A stretch of DNA of 64,000 nucleotides. It comes from Amoebophrya sp. A120 (Eukaryota > Protista > Dinoflagellata). Positions 27,401-39,134 of the stretch are shown piece after piece. A model generated the notes under the pieces. That model was given only the letters and a program-made list of their open reading frames with translations. It had not been told where the DNA came from and did no database searches. The DNA lies in assembly GCA_905178155.1 (NCBI GenBank), contig CAJINV010000005.1, positions 5,287,038 to 5,351,037 of the forward strand, written 5' to 3'. Positions within the stretch are counted from its first letter, which is position 1. The number at the start of each line of letters is the position of its first letter. The position numbers and the translations under genes were made by a program.

Positions 27401-30400
27401 AAAACGAAAAATACAACGACCCGGAGGACTACACGGACTACGTGTTCTACAAACGCGTCATCGAGCGGATCCCGCTCTACCAGGCACGGTGCCTGCTGGC
27501 TTTCAAGCACTTCGAGTCGCTTCGCTTGGCCAAGGAGGTCGCGATGGGCAGTCGGGGCAAGATATCCTGTGTAAAAACGTCCCCAGCCCAGAGTTGTCAT
27601 GCAAATGTGCAATGACAGGAACAGTTGTAATGCGCAGTTCCATGAGACGAGGCATTTCCAATCGTGTTTTGGAATTTGTAATGTTGTAAACAGGTTGAGA
27701 GTGTGGCTTTCTCATGCGGCTTCCCTTGCCAACCAGCACTACACTGCAGAGGGAAAGAACTTGTCATGCACAGCTCCCAAAGCTTGGAGATTTGTGTTGC
27801 TAGATTCCCAACTTGACGTATGTGGCCGGGACGTTTTTGCTTAGGATACAAGATCGCGGTGCGCCAGTCGCAAGGGATCATCGACGACAGCAAGTATGAG
27901 GCAAAACATATCAAAAGGAAAAATCCCCCCTCCCCATATCAAAGCGAAGTTTCTGATGCTGGATTTGCGTACACAAATCAGATTTGTCTTGCTAGAGAAG
28001 ACTTCTGCAGGTCTATGCTGAGCCTGAATAGAAGGTTTTGGCCTAGGCGCTGAGCATGGCAAACGTCTGGTCTGTAGGGCCAACAGCATCACAAACTGCT
28101 TGCAGAATCCGGCGGAGCCTGTGGAGTTGCGTTCTTGCAAGACAGAGACGATTTGCGTTTGCGAGTCAGCATTACAAATCGTGCCTTTTCTATATGGGGA
28201 GGGGGGATTTTTCCTTACGATAAAACAGGAGCTGAACACCTACGGGGGAGACAATATTTGGGGAAACCGGCGGGAGATTATCACGGAAATATGACAGTGC
28301 ACAACTCCCTGCCCCCTCATTTGTATAGCATGAACGGCAATACAAGCATCAGCAAGAGTGCCAGTCTTGCATGACAAATTTGCACTGGATTATAGTGCTA
28401 TTTCAGCTACCAAAATTTGTCATGCACGCAGTGCCAAGAGGCAAAGGGTAGTAAATTGGGTACTTTGCATGACAAACGAGGGGGAGGGGGAGTTGTGCAC
28501 GGTCATAGGAAACACTAGACGACGTGAAGGGCCTCGGGGTGAACATCGGGGGCAAGTCTGATATCTCCGAAGTCGCGCAAAATATCCCACGAAAAAACTG
28601 TTTCACTGTGAACTTGTGATGCATGGAATGGAACACAAAACTATTTGTCTTGCTGCACATGCATAGAGCATTGGAGTTTCAAGTGTGTTTTTCCCTATGG
28701 GAACTGTGCGCATGGCAAATTTTCTGTGCCATGTGTAACAAACTACTTGTGATGCAGATCTTGCAAAATCATCACAGTGAAACAGTTTTTCCCTGCGATA
28801 CAAAACGCAGCAAAAGCAGTCGCGGCCTCGAAAAACGCGGGAGGGGCGGGGGCGAAAGATGTACTTTTAGACTTACTTTATAAAATTTGGATAGGATAGC
28901 TTAGCTGCAGCTTGGTTGATGATCATCTTTTTTCCTCGGTTGTAAATGCAAGACATTCGTCATTCGTTCTCGTTTCATTAAGTGTAGTGAGCATAGCGAA
29001 TGCTTAGTTGTGTTGCTCATTTCCCTAACTTTCGCCACCTCGGTTGTAGTACATCGATCTTGTGTCAAATTAGGTTCTTCTTGAATGAAGTCCGATACTA
29101 AACCTTATCAACAGCCCAACGCCAAGGGTCCGCAGCGCAGCACGGTGATGACGCGCGACATGAAAGCGGATATCAAAACCGAGGCTGCGAAAGACCAATT
29201 TGAAATGGACGACGACGACAAGGCCTACAGTTCCGACGACGAGGAGGCCAAACCCTACAAGACCCGGTATGGCGTTCTCAAGCGTTACATTCTCAATTGC
29301 GACACGATTTGTCATGCAAAATGAGCATCAACATCCACACAGTGAAGATGGTTTGACAACTTTGAGCATCAACTGGTCGATGGTTTGACAGCTGTGGTCT
29401 GTGCACTTGCCCTGTTCGCCCGTGCCGCAGGTAAGGCACAAACGGCCCAGCCTCCCCTGTCCGGGCGGGGTTGCGGTTTAGGGGAGAGTCTCGCCCCTTA
29501 ACCCAAAGGGGTACGTCGTCTCTTCCGTGAGAACAAAAACGTAAGGCGTAAAATGGGTCGGGTCCTGGATCGTTCTGTATGTTGGGCTGTCGCGCTCGGC
29601 TAGCTGGCCGGGCTGTACTGATCAGGTGTGGTGGGTAGCTCCCGACTGGTTGGCACTTTTCAAGGGGCGACTTGCCGTGGTAGCGCTCGGCTTTTGTATG
29701 ATGAGGTCGCCGAAAGTGCTTCCTCGTCCATCCCCCCGGGGAGGGGATCCTTGACCTGTGGCGCTGGGAGCGGGTGTCCACTACATGATGATGATGAAGA
29801 GGCTACTTCGCATGACAAATGTTGGAAAGGCTAAACAGCACCTAAATCTTATCTGCGCGGAGTTTCTAATGCTACAGGTGCAACCTCCATTCTTTGTCTC
29901 TTGCCATTTTTGCATTAGAAATTTATGTAACAGTTGAGAATGTAACGTTTGAGAACTCCATACCCGGCGCAAGCAGTACTTCTGTCCCGAGCCGCGACAG
30001 ATTTATGCTGAGTAAAACCGTCCCCACCCCAGGGTCGTCATGCAAATCTGCATGCCAAAAAAGTTTCTCATGCGGAGCCCCATGAGAAGCATTTTCTAGT
30101 CGTGTTATGGAGTTTGTGGTGCTAGAATCAGCATGATATGCTAGAGCTGTGATGCTGCTGAACTAGCGAAACAGGATCACACTATGACGGCAAACTTGTC
30201 ATGCGAAACAGCGAAAGCTGGGTGATTTGTCTAGCAGATTTCCCATCTTGACTCTGGTGCGGGGACGTTTTTAAACAGGATAAGATGGACGACGGTTTTA
30301 CGATGGACGGCCGCACCGGGGAGGAGGGCATGGAGGACAACGGTGGCGGCGCCGCGGGCAGTTCCCCCATGAAGATTTCGCCCGAGTCACCTGACCCCGA

Positions 30401-33212
30401 GGACGACGAAGATGAGGAGAGCGAGTTCATCAGTCTGAGCCCACGACTGGTCCCCCTGAAGCAGCACATCAAGCGCGACCAGCTGGAGGAACAGCAAGAG
30501 AAGAATAGCGGCAATAAAGACGCGTCTTCGTCGAATAAAGACAAGAACAGTCTGACCAATATCAACTGTAAAAGTGTCTGGGTCTGGAAGAATGCCAGAC
30601 TTGTCATGCAGATTTTACATGACTCATGAGGTCTCGCAAGTAGGACAGAGCATGACAGATTCTGTGAGAGTTCTATCATGCCTCTCCTGCATGAGAAACT
30701 GCCTCTCGATTAGGTCAAAAGTGGACAGCTTTTGGCTATCATGCAACACAGATTTTTGCATGCTTCCAGTTTAGCATGACAAGTTGCATTCTTCCAGACC
30801 CAGACATATATTTTTACATTTGATAACCAAAATTCAGTCCATGACCTCTCTCGACGACATCGATTCGCTGATTCAGTCCCAGCAGATGGATATGCACTGC
30901 AAAAGTTGTATCGTACAACCTTGTATAAATGCATCTCAAATTTCCTCAGCATGAGAAATATGAATTTGTAATGCGGATTTTGCTTCAGAAAAAGATTTGT
31001 GATGCATTTTCACAATTCCTACGAGTACGATGCTTTCGCAGTGCACAATGGATTTCAAACTCCTAACCCTGGACGAGGACGAGAAACAGCGGCGGAAAAA
31101 TTTTATCGAAAGAAAAAAAGTTACAGTTACACATTTGTAGTGAATTCAGCATCACAAAGTTGCCCCGCATGACCACAGAGGAAGCTTGCAATGCAGAGAT
31201 TATAAGGCAAAAGCTAACTCGAACGAGGCTCGCAAGCATTTTGCGCATGACAGAGGCTGTCTGTCTTGCTGGTTTTGCATCACAGTGTGTAATAACTGTA
31301 ACACTTTTTCTTGGGATAAATTTCCAAAACTTGCTCCTCAGATACGGCGAAGAGCCGGACGAACAGGGGGATAAGTGGCTGGAAATGATGCGCAACCGCG
31401 AGGGCGCCTCAACCGGCAACGATTATCCCGAGCAAAAATGTCCCCACCCCGTAGTCAAGTTGGTAAATCTGCAACACAAATTCCGAAGTTTTGGGAGTTG
31501 TGCATGTCAAGTTTCCATCTGCAGTGTAGTGGTGGTTAGCACCAAGGGAATCCGCATGACAAAGCCACTGTCTCACCCTATTTACAGCATGACAAATTCC
31601 AAAACACGTCTGGGAATTCCTCTCATGGAGATGCGCATTGCAAATCGATTCCTGTCATTGCGGATTTGCATGACAAGAACTCTGGGGTCGGGACGTTTTT
31701 GCTCAGGATAACGACTGGGCCGACTTCAACGTGGGGGGCAAAGTCGACGTATCCTGTGCAAAAGTATCGTACTCGTACTGATCGCGTTCATGCATTACAA
31801 GTTTCTTTCTCAAGTGAAATCCACATGACAAATTTTATTTTTCATGCTGAGGAAGTTTGTCATGCGATTTATACTAGTACGATGCTTTTGCATGTCATAC
31901 GACGACGCGGTGGCTAATTTACCGATCGACAGCGAAACTGGCATGCTGATCGAGGGAGCCGCCGGTCCCGCTGCTGGAATAAACAAGGCGAAAAATAACG
32001 ACACCCACCACGGATTGGTGCAATTGAGCAAAATCCACTACGATTGGGAGAAGAAGTACCGACCACGCAAGCCGCGGTTTTTATCAAATGTAAAAATATC
32101 TGGGTCTGGAAGAATGCTAGACTTGTCATGCAGGTTTTCCATGACTCATGACGTCTGGTATGTAGGACATAGCATGACAGATTCTGTGAGAGTTCTATCG
32201 TGCCTATCCTGCATGAGAAACTGCCGCTCGATTAGGTCAAAAGTGGGCAGCTTTTGGTAATCGTGCAACACAGACTTTTACATGATTCAGATTTAGCATG
32301 ACAAGCTGCTTTGTTCCAGACCCAGACATTTTTGCATTCCATAGCTTTTCAACCGTGTGAAAACCGGGTTTTGGTGGAACAAGTTATCAGAATGAAAAAT
32401 CCCCCCTCCCCGTACTTATTCAAACGGAAATTTCTGTTGCTGGATTTGCGTACACAAAGTAGATTTGTCTTGCTGTCGAGGACTGCAGGCGCATATCAAG
32501 CCTGAGAAGACAGGTTTTGGCCTAGGCGCTTAGCATGACAGACGTCTACGCTGTAGGAGTATGAGCATGACAAACCGCTTGTAGAATGCGGCGGCGCCTG
32601 TGGAGTTGCCTTCATGCAATACAGAGACGATTTGTGGTCACAAATCAGCAACGCAAATTTTCGAAAACGTGCCTGGTCATGATGGGGAGGGGGGATTTTT
32701 CCTTGTGATACAAGTACAACTCCACCCACTACGACACCGAGGTGCCGCCCCCGAAAGTGGTGCAGGGGTACCGATTCAACATTTTCTACCCGGATTTGGT
32801 GGACGCGAAGCGATCCATATCCTGTGCAAAAGTATCGTACTCGTAGTATTTGTATTATATCGCAGCTGTGTGTATGTATTACAAATCTAGTTGGTTAGGT
32901 AAGTTCGCATTACAGATTCAATTTGTAATGTTGAGCTTATTTGTATTGCGATTTGTACTAGTACGATACTTTTGCAGTGCATAATCCACGCCGAAATACT
33001 ACATTGAGAAGGACCAGACGCAGGGGAACACCATGGAGACGCAGGAAACGGTACTCTTACGGTTCTCCGCCGGGGCGCCCTACGAGGACATTGCGTTCAA
33101 AATTGTGAACAAGGAGTGGAACCTGAATCCGCGAAGGGGGTTCCGGGCGGTCTACGATCGCGGAGTCTTGCAGCTCTACTTCAACTTTAAGGGATTCAAT
33201 TACCGGCGATAG
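24411..33212 (+). CDS. CACTIN: Cactin (spliceosomal C/C* complex factor), interrupted by about 22 introners
   Basis: RD/RS-rich N-terminus; YTNEENPFGDSKLTEKFTWHKK; KYRPRKPRFFNRVKTGFWWNKYNSTHYDTEVPPPKVVQGYRFNIFYPDL; RFSAGAPYEDIAFKIVNKEW...LYFNFKGFNYRR*, the cactin C-terminal domain. Confidence 0.93.
28583..28800. mobile_element. Introner family F (TATCCCACGAAAAAACTGTTTCACTGTGA)
   Basis: Flanked by CAAAA/CAAAA. Siblings at 47268-47476, 53875-54087 and 57059-57279. Confidence 0.88.
29349..29794 (+). mobile_element. GC-rich (GAT)n-tailed retroposon-like element nested in a family I introner
   Basis: Absent from sibling 17551-17786; flanked by TGAAGA/TGAAGA; its last ~85 bp recur at 16098-16191. 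Confidence 0.75.
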
Positions 33213-34378
33213 TTTTTATTTTCCCCTCAACATGTAGTAGTTGGGGCTTGCTGTGGAGAAGGAGAACCTGCTGTGTGGATGGTGTCCGTGTGTAGAAGTT
33301 TGATGTTCCGAGGACCTGCAGCTGGTGCTGTGCCACTCGCAGCAGGGGTGAGTCTTTGTCTTGCTGGTGGAACAAGACGCGTGCAGCAGCTAGTACAGCT
33401 ACTACAACCAGAGCAACGAGGACCACAACCTCAACCACGTCAGAGCAGTGAAAGACGAATTGGTGACACACACTGTCACCAGTGTGTTGTGCCTCTACAA
33501 CCAAGCTCCTGCGCGGCCCCCGAGGTGCAGTTCTTGTGGTCTACTTTCTTAAAGTACCTCCTGCACGACAGCGACCCAAATGGACGGGAGGGACCATGTT
33601 GAAGAAGAAGGGTTCTTTGCCGCGGGGTCGTAAGCAAGTAGTTGTAAGTGAAAATATCAACATGTTCTTCGCACCAGTAAAGCTAAAACTCGCTCTCGCG
33701 GCTTTCCTCCCCTGGCGAAGCAGAGGCTGCTATTGGTGTCTCAAACCAGCCAGTACTATCACAAACCTTAACCTGTTGAAAAAAAAAAAGGATTTCAAAA
33801 TGAATGTGAGCAGTAGATGAGAGCGGCGCTCTCGTTATGCAGAAAGTTGCTCCCAGCAACGACTAAGGCGATGAACTACACGGAAATGATTTCATGGAAA
33901 GCGAAAAACACTGTGCGCTGGCACATACTATCCTTCGATGGAATTCCAGTTGTTCTCACGAAGAACGTCAGAAAAGGTCTCGTCGTTGCACTTTTGTTCA
34001 ACTTTTTCTTTCCCTTTTGCCTTCGTGGTAAAAGAACCTCTTCCTCTTGCTCTTGTTCGTCTGTTCTAGTTTTCGTGCAAGTAGGCTGTATGAGCATGAT
34101 CGGTAAAAACTACAGTAAACTTTCTCAGGAGAGAGCTTGCTACCCCTACACAACACATAGTTGCTCCAGCAGAATAGGCAGTTTCACAATTGTTTCCACG
34201 AGAGCTCACATTTTCGAGTTTATCTCTTCTATCCCATTCGTCATCTTCGTGTATTGGCGTGCTCGAACTGCTTTTTGCGTCATCGGATTTATTTCATCTA
34301 TATTTTCCATTTATTGTTTCACTTTCTCTACCTTATAAACCGCACCCGGGACGAGGAGCGAGGACCACGACGTCGATC

Positions 34379-36044
34379 ATGTTTCCCTGTTTCCGCACGA
34401 CCGAATGGATGGACAAAGTTTTTTCCAAGCAAGGCTGCGAAGAGTTGCTCCAGGAATCGTCTCGCGGCTGCTCGTCCACGTTTACTTCCTCGTCCTCCTC
34501 TTCTGCTTCTAGCAGCGCGACATCAACAACTCCAGCAACCGCAGGGAATGAAATGAGCAGTACTAGTACAGCCGGCATATTAACGAACATTGGCGAGGAA
34601 AAAATAAACCAAAAAAAACCTCCGCAGCTCCTTCCACTCAGCGAAATCGACCTGACCCCTTCGTACATCAAGAATTTCCCAACCGCCAACCTTTTCCCGC
34701 AGAAAGTTCAGGAGGTTCGGGAGCAGATTCGAAGGACTTTATTTCGGCAGGTTTTGTTCAAGATACAGAACGTGGAGGTGACGTACATGAAAAAGTGCAA
34801 GCAGGACAGAAGGTTGGTGGAAGTGGTGAAGAGCAGAACTGATAGCTCTTCAACAAGAGGTGGTGTTAAAAATAGTGGTGGTCCAAATTTTATCCAGGAA
34901 AAAACACCCATCCCCATCCATTTTTTGCATGACAAATACGGGATTTTATGCATGTTTTGCATCACAAATTGGATGGGGATGGGTGTTTTTTCCTGGATAA
35001 TTTTTTTCTCGGATGTTGGCAGAAGCGAAGAACCGGAGCCACCGCGACGAGCCACCACGACGGGACTAACAGCAACATCTTCAGCATCGACCAGCCCCAC
35101 AACTTCTTCGTCTACATTCGATTTTCACCCTGAACTTCTTCTCGGCCGCATGCGCAGCTTCTTCTTTGACGCGCTGCACCGGCGGAGTTTGATCGAGAAC
35201 CTGAATTGGCTGCCGGGGTTGCCGCCTCTTCTTTCAGGGTTCTTTTCATCTGGTCCCACGTCTTCAGACGACGTTGATACAGGAAGTAGGGGAGCGGCCC
35301 AGCTGCACCAGCCTGGCAGTGCGTACAACAAAATCGAGTTTCTTCGGGAAATATCAAATGCAAAAATGTCTGGGTCTGGAAGAATGTAAGTTTGTCATGC
35401 TTGTCTGGCATGACTCGAGAATCTGTGTTGCAGAGGCACGAAAAGGCCCTCTTACCTGTCATGCACAAACGCAGTGTGCCATGCGGAATACGTAAGGCAT
35501 GGCAGCCAGAAAATTTGTCATGCATAGCTGCGTATTGCAGTGCGGCTTATCATTCACTTTTAGCATTACAAGTTTATTCCAGACCCAGACATATTTGCAA
35601 TCCATAGGAAGAGATTTGGCGAGTGGACAGGTGTGAGGAGCTGCGCGAATACCGTGTACGGTATATCCTGAGTAAAAACGTCCCCACACCAGAGTTGTCA
35701 TGCAGATTTGCAATGACAGGAACATTTGTAATGCGCATCGCCAGGAGAGGCATTTTTAGTCGTGTTTTGGAATTTGTAATGCTGTAAACAGGATGAGCAG
35801 ATGGATTTCTGATGCAGCTGGCCTTGCGAACCTGTACTACACTACGGACTGCAACTTGTGATGCGTGACCCCAAAAAGTTCTAGGTTTGTGTTGCAAAAT
35901 CCCCATCTTGGCTCTGGTGTGGGGATGTTTTTACTCAGGATACGGCACTACCGGGAGGCCCAGGGTGACGGTTTTTCCACCTTTGTGATGCCAAAACACT
36001 GGCGAGATAAGGTCGCGTTTGTGTGGTACCACTTCTGGCAATAG
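34379..36044 (+). CDS. Hypothetical protein; 4 exons
   Basis: MFPCFRTTEWMDKVFSK...; the frame stays open after removing 34891-34999, 35352-35606 and 35664-35942; ends ...KVAFVWYHFWQ*. Confidence 0.7.
34891..34999. mobile_element. Near-palindromic 109-bp introner
   Basis: 30-bp perfect TIR TATCCAGGAAAAAACACCCATCCCCATCCA with GCATGACAAA/GCATCACAAA inside; flanks AATTT/ATTTT. Confidence 0.85.
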
Positions 36045-37046
36045 ATCAGATTCAGGATGTCAGTGCCGTGGTGTTGGGTCCTGGACCTGTGACATTCAAG
36101 TAGTTCTTTCTTTTCATCGGCAAAACAAAGGTGGACAACGCTGAGGCTATAGAAGCAATAATCATCAAAATCAAATAACAAGTCTTCGTCTGGATCGTTC
36201 CGACAAGTAGGTACTGGTTACGACAGCTTCTGACGATCTTGATGAGCTGCACCAGAGTTGTGCTTTCACAGCCTTTTAATGTCGTGTTCGCTCCACTTGT
36301 TATCAGGAGGTCGATGGTGTCTTCATCCGGGATCTTTGGCTACATCGATATTCGAGAGAAAAACTCGCTTCGACGAATATATAGCTTTTGTAAAAAAAAA
36401 CAAAAGATAACACTAGACTCTGCCCCTCTAGAAGTAGTAAGCACTTCGAGAGCTGCGCGACCCGGGCTGCAGAAAACCAATACAAAAATTCGTCGTGAGA
36501 GGAGCAGCTTATCATGCAGAGAGAAAAATTGGAGCGAGCGGGGCAGTGGACAATAGAGAAAATAAGCTCTCAAGTCATTTTTCAGAGAGCCCCTTGGCTT
36601 CGTTTCATCTCCGTTTTAGCATATAAACCGCTTTTTACAACGCAGGAACTCCTCTCATCCACGTGGATCGGATCGCGCTCTATCGCTAGTACAGACAAAT
36701 TCTCTCCTGTATGTGCAGCAGGCTGCTTGTACTCGTCTCGCATTTCGATTTGTGTCTACTCCTTCAGCAGACGAAACGAAACCTAAAGGAATACGAAGCA
36801 TTCATCACGTCAGATGAGAAAAACAAAACGTAGAAAAAACTGAGCGGCAAAAATAGTAAGGCAGGATCTTTGAGCGGCCTCAGAATGACACCCTGCAGAA
36901 GTTCTACAACTTCCGAGGTCAAGAACATATTCCTGGCCACTCTGTAGCGGAAGAGAAGTGAAAAAAAATCCTTCGCCGCGTCCGTTCAGCAATCAACAGG
37001 TGGCATTAGTCCATCGTTAGGCTGAAAACACTTCTACATTGTCAAG

Positions 37047-38319
37047 ATGGAGTTCACCGCCGACCAAATTGTATCCACTGCAAAAGTATCGTACTCGTAA
37101 TATTGCAATGATGCATTACAAATCTTTCCCTTAGGGTAATTCAGCATTACACATTTTATTTCTCATGCTGAGGGAATTTGTAATGCATGACTTTATACGA
37201 GTGCGATACTTTTGCTTTTCATAAATTGACGAGTTTAAGGAGGCCTTCGCGCTGTTCGATCGCGATAACTCCTACGCACTGTAAATGTCCCGTACACGAC
37301 GTACAAATGCAGTCTCTGCATGACAAAATTGGGCTTTGATCCTAGTTTACTAGCATGACAAGTTCAAGTGTTACGCTCCAAATTGGTGAATGAAGTTGTG
37401 ATGCATCTCGTATATGTACGGGAAATTTGTATTGCATAACTCCGGCACAATCACGGCAGACGAGCTCGGCGTGATAATGAAGTCGCTGGGGAAAAATCCC
37501 ACCGATGACGAGCTAGAGGCGATGATAGCGGAGGTAGACGAGGACGGCAGTGGCGAGATCGAGTTCCCGGAGTTTCTGTATGGATTGCAAAAGTACCGTA
37601 CTCGTATAAATGCATTACAAATTTCCTCAGCATGAGAAAAAAAATTCGTAATGCAGATTTGCCTTGGAAACAAGATTTGTAATGCAGGACCTGCATTTAT
37701 ACGAGTGCGATACTTTTGCACAGGATATTCTGGCGTTGATGTCAAAAAAACTGCAAGCAGCAGACAGCGTGGAGGAGATGCGAGAGGCGTTTCTCGTACT
37801 GCTTAGACTGTTGTAATTTTCTTGTCATGCAAGGTGGCAGGACGCAACATGGTAGGGTTGCTTTGTCATGCGTATATTAATGCAACATACAGCATCTCAT
37901 ATATGTATATGAATCAAAAAAACAAGGTGTTCGACCGAGACAAGTCCGGTTCAGTAACAGCAGCGGAATTGAAGCACGTGATGAATAACCTCGGAGAAAT
38001 CGTGACTGACGACGAAATATCAAATGCAACAGTTTGATGAAATTGAGTCGCAATGTCGATGCTGCATGACAAAACTTCACTCAGCAATTAATTTACTTGG
38101 GTAAGTAGTTGTACCACAAAGGCAGTTTGCACTCAGTTCCTGTAAAATATAAATGCACAAATGCGAAGTGGAAAGATGCAGCGCGATTCCCATTATTCTG
38201 TTCTTGCAGTGAGTGCATATTTCGTTGAGGAGATGATCCGAGAAGCAGACGAGGACGGTGACGGGGAGTTGTCGTTCGACGATTTTCTTCAGTTCATCCG
38301 AAGAAAAGGACTGATTTGA
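37047..38319 (+). CDS. Calmodulin-like protein with 4 EF-hands; 6 exons
   Basis: Spliced protein: [74 protein letters not shown]...[23 protein letters not shown]...[15 protein letters not shown]. Introners at 37072-37223, 37273-37438, 37579-37727 and 38018-38219; GT-AG intron at 37796-37926. Confidence 0.93.
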
Positions 38320-39134
38320 CGACAAGGCAGAATGCATCCTGGAGATGAAGATGTACTCGAAACCAATCGATGAAAAATCAAAATTTAAATTGTTGATTGC
38401 ACAACTTTTGCCAATATTACTACTGAGAATAAAAATCCGTTTCTAGTACTATTGGCACGGTCGTTTCGGTGCTTTTTGGGCAAGAATATTTTCCTCTTGT
38501 TGTTGAGAATAGACAAAATTTACTTCATCAAACCAACGTTAGTTTCTCTCCCGGCGCTTGCGCTCGCGGAAAGGGAAAGTTCTGACAAAAAAGAATAAAC
38601 ATGAGGAGCTCGCGAAACAAGTGAAAGTGTTGCGCAGCTTTCTCAGCGGCGGGTTGAGTGACGTGGTCGTGGCTCACGTGTTCTTCCGGAGTGTGAGGAT
38701 AGACATGTGTCCGCGATGTTGAGTTGTTTCCTTTGGTAGTGTGTGAGTGCTCAGCAGGTTGTTCTTCAAATGTTCTTGTTCACTCGACGTCGTCCGACAG
38801 TCTTCCAGTTCCGTGTTCTTTGTCGTCCGAATGGGTTTGGTTTCCATTTCAGTACATTTGCATCTAATTCATAACTATTTCATGCATCTTTCGTGAGTCG
38901 AGTTGAGAAGCGAAGCGTTTTTTTCATCGCGCACCCGGAGCTGTTCTGTGGTACGTTCCGCGCCCGCTGCTTCCTCATTTTAAGTACACCAGTCGGAACT
39001 AAAACTCTTAGAAGCATAGAGAGGGTAGACCATTCAGTTTTGGATCTAAAAGCAAGACAACTGCAGTGCGCAAAAGTGACGTAGCGACGTATAGCATGAT
39101 CATGTAAGAGCAGCACAGCACGCATCAAAAAAAA

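Noticed and set aside
24749-33000. Repeat/unique alternation resembling a CRISPR array
   Set aside because: The repeats are 150-300 bp TIR elements of several families, the 'spacers' are cactin exons, and no cas genes are present.
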